A stretch of DNA of 64,000 nt. It comes from Anaerolineae bacterium (lineage in GTDB: Bacteria; Chloroflexota; Anaerolineae; Aggregatilineales; Phototrophicaceae). The position numbers were made by a program, and so were the translations under genes. Under the pieces are notes generated by a model. It ran no database searches. It was not told the DNA's origin and was given only the letters and a program-made list of their open reading frames with translations. This document shows positions 63,512 through 64,000 of this stretch, piece after piece; the stretch's first letter is position 1, and the number at the start of each line of letters is the position of its first letter. The stretch is taken from the NCBI GenBank assembly GCA_034421915.1, contig DAOUKA010000187.1, forward strand, positions 6,776 to 70,775, in the 5' to 3' direction.

Positions 63512-64000
63512 CTATTCGCCCGCCGTGACCTCAAGGTTTTCAGCCCGTTCGACTGATGGCAGCGGGAAGGGCGGGAACTTGTGAATTTTGCCAGCTGTCG
63601 AATCGCTGACGTACACAAAACCCGCATCATCGACTGCAATGCCGCCAATCCCTTTGAATTCGCCCATTGTCCCCTGGTCGCCCTCTTGTCCAAAAGAGCC
63701 GACGCAAGTGCCATCCGGGTGATAGACCAGCACGCGGTTGCCGTCGGGATCGCTAATGTACAGGAAATCGCGGTCTTCATCGAGCGCAAGATAGGGTCGG
63801 TTGAAGATATTGCCGTACCAGCCGCGCACACGGAAGTTCTCCAAATGACTGCCGTCAGCATCAAAAACCGCAATCCGCCGATTCCAGGTATCCGCAATAA
63901 ACAGGCGTCCGTCCGAGTGAATGGCAAGGCCGCTGGGTTCGTCCAGTTCGCCAGCGCCGCTGCCGCCTGTGCCAATGTCGAACTGATGTACGGCATCAAG
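63512..64000 (-). CDS. NHL-repeat beta-propeller protein, 5' end outside the window
   Basis: This frame is open from 64000 with no stop. NHL-type repeats are EPSGLAIHSDGRLFIADTWNRRIAVFDADG, DFLYISDPDGNRVLVYHPDG and GIAVDDAGFVYVSDSTAGKIHKF. Confidence 0.7.
   Translation of the reverse strand, partial: LDAVHQFDIGTGGSGAGELDEPSGLAIHSDGRLFIADTWNRRIAVFDADGSHLENFRVRGWYGNIFNRPYLALDEDRDFLYISDPDGNRVLVYHPDGTCVGSFGQEGDQGTMGEFKGIGGIAVDDAGFVYVSDSTAGKIHKFPPFPLPSVERAENLEVTAGE

Noticed and set aside
63406-63999. A 197-aa minus-strand ORF at the window end.
   Set aside because: The neighbouring minus frame is open to the window edge and encodes clear NHL repeats. The 197-aa frame has an odd composition and no motifs, so it is taken as an overlapping shadow ORF.
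1-64000. A scan for CRISPR arrays, rRNA, transposases, integrases, reverse transcriptases, phage genes, and nuclease or helicase defence genes.
   Set aside because: I saw no regularly spaced direct repeats. No ORF carries DDE, tyrosine or serine recombinase, or RT motifs. The only repeats found are the GT-C tandem duplication, the G9 tract, the Ser-codon repeats and short intergenic repeats.

Overview
This is a gene-dense bacterial chromosomal segment. Hand-counted lines give about 50-58% GC. I support about 58 protein genes and one tRNA, and found no rRNA, CRISPR array, transposase, integrase or phage genes. Most of the content is housekeeping and falls into four blocks. (1) At 11.4-21.8 kb, a co-directional minus-strand morphogenesis array reads mreB-[secreted Ser-rich gene]-mreC-mreD-mrdA-[unknown polytopic membrane gene]-minC-minD-minE-rodA, followed by gltX and tRNA-Gln(CUG). 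(2) At 54.2-61.8 kb lies the nusA-ylxR-infB-rbfA-nrnA-truB-ribF operon. (3) Scattered core genes include rplS, uppP, tilS, mutS, recJ, fmt, mdh, pckA, era, a PMM/PGM, a ROK kinase and a GH3 hydrolase. (4) Envelope and glycan genes include a LysM protein, a PAPS-type sulfotransferase, two tandemly duplicated GT-C-like membrane proteins, an O-antigen-ligase-like protein and a clan GH-A hydrolase. The only classic accessory module is a HepT/MNT toxin-antitoxin pair between era and ribF. I did not find a clear new multi-gene system. The best leads are: an unknown membrane protein abutting mrdA inside the mre/min array; a secreted protein whose signal peptide is separated from its mature part by a G9 tract; a 1.45-kb tandem duplication of a GT-C gene with its junction preserved, next to a sulfotransferase that abuts mutS; a Clp/Hsp100 protein with a degenerate first ATPase module; and an orphan response regulator with Glu at the phospho-acceptor site. 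Two frame breaks (crcB and the Ser-rich gene) may simply be sequencing indels. A Chloroflexota-like lineage is only a weak impression and cannot be verified here.
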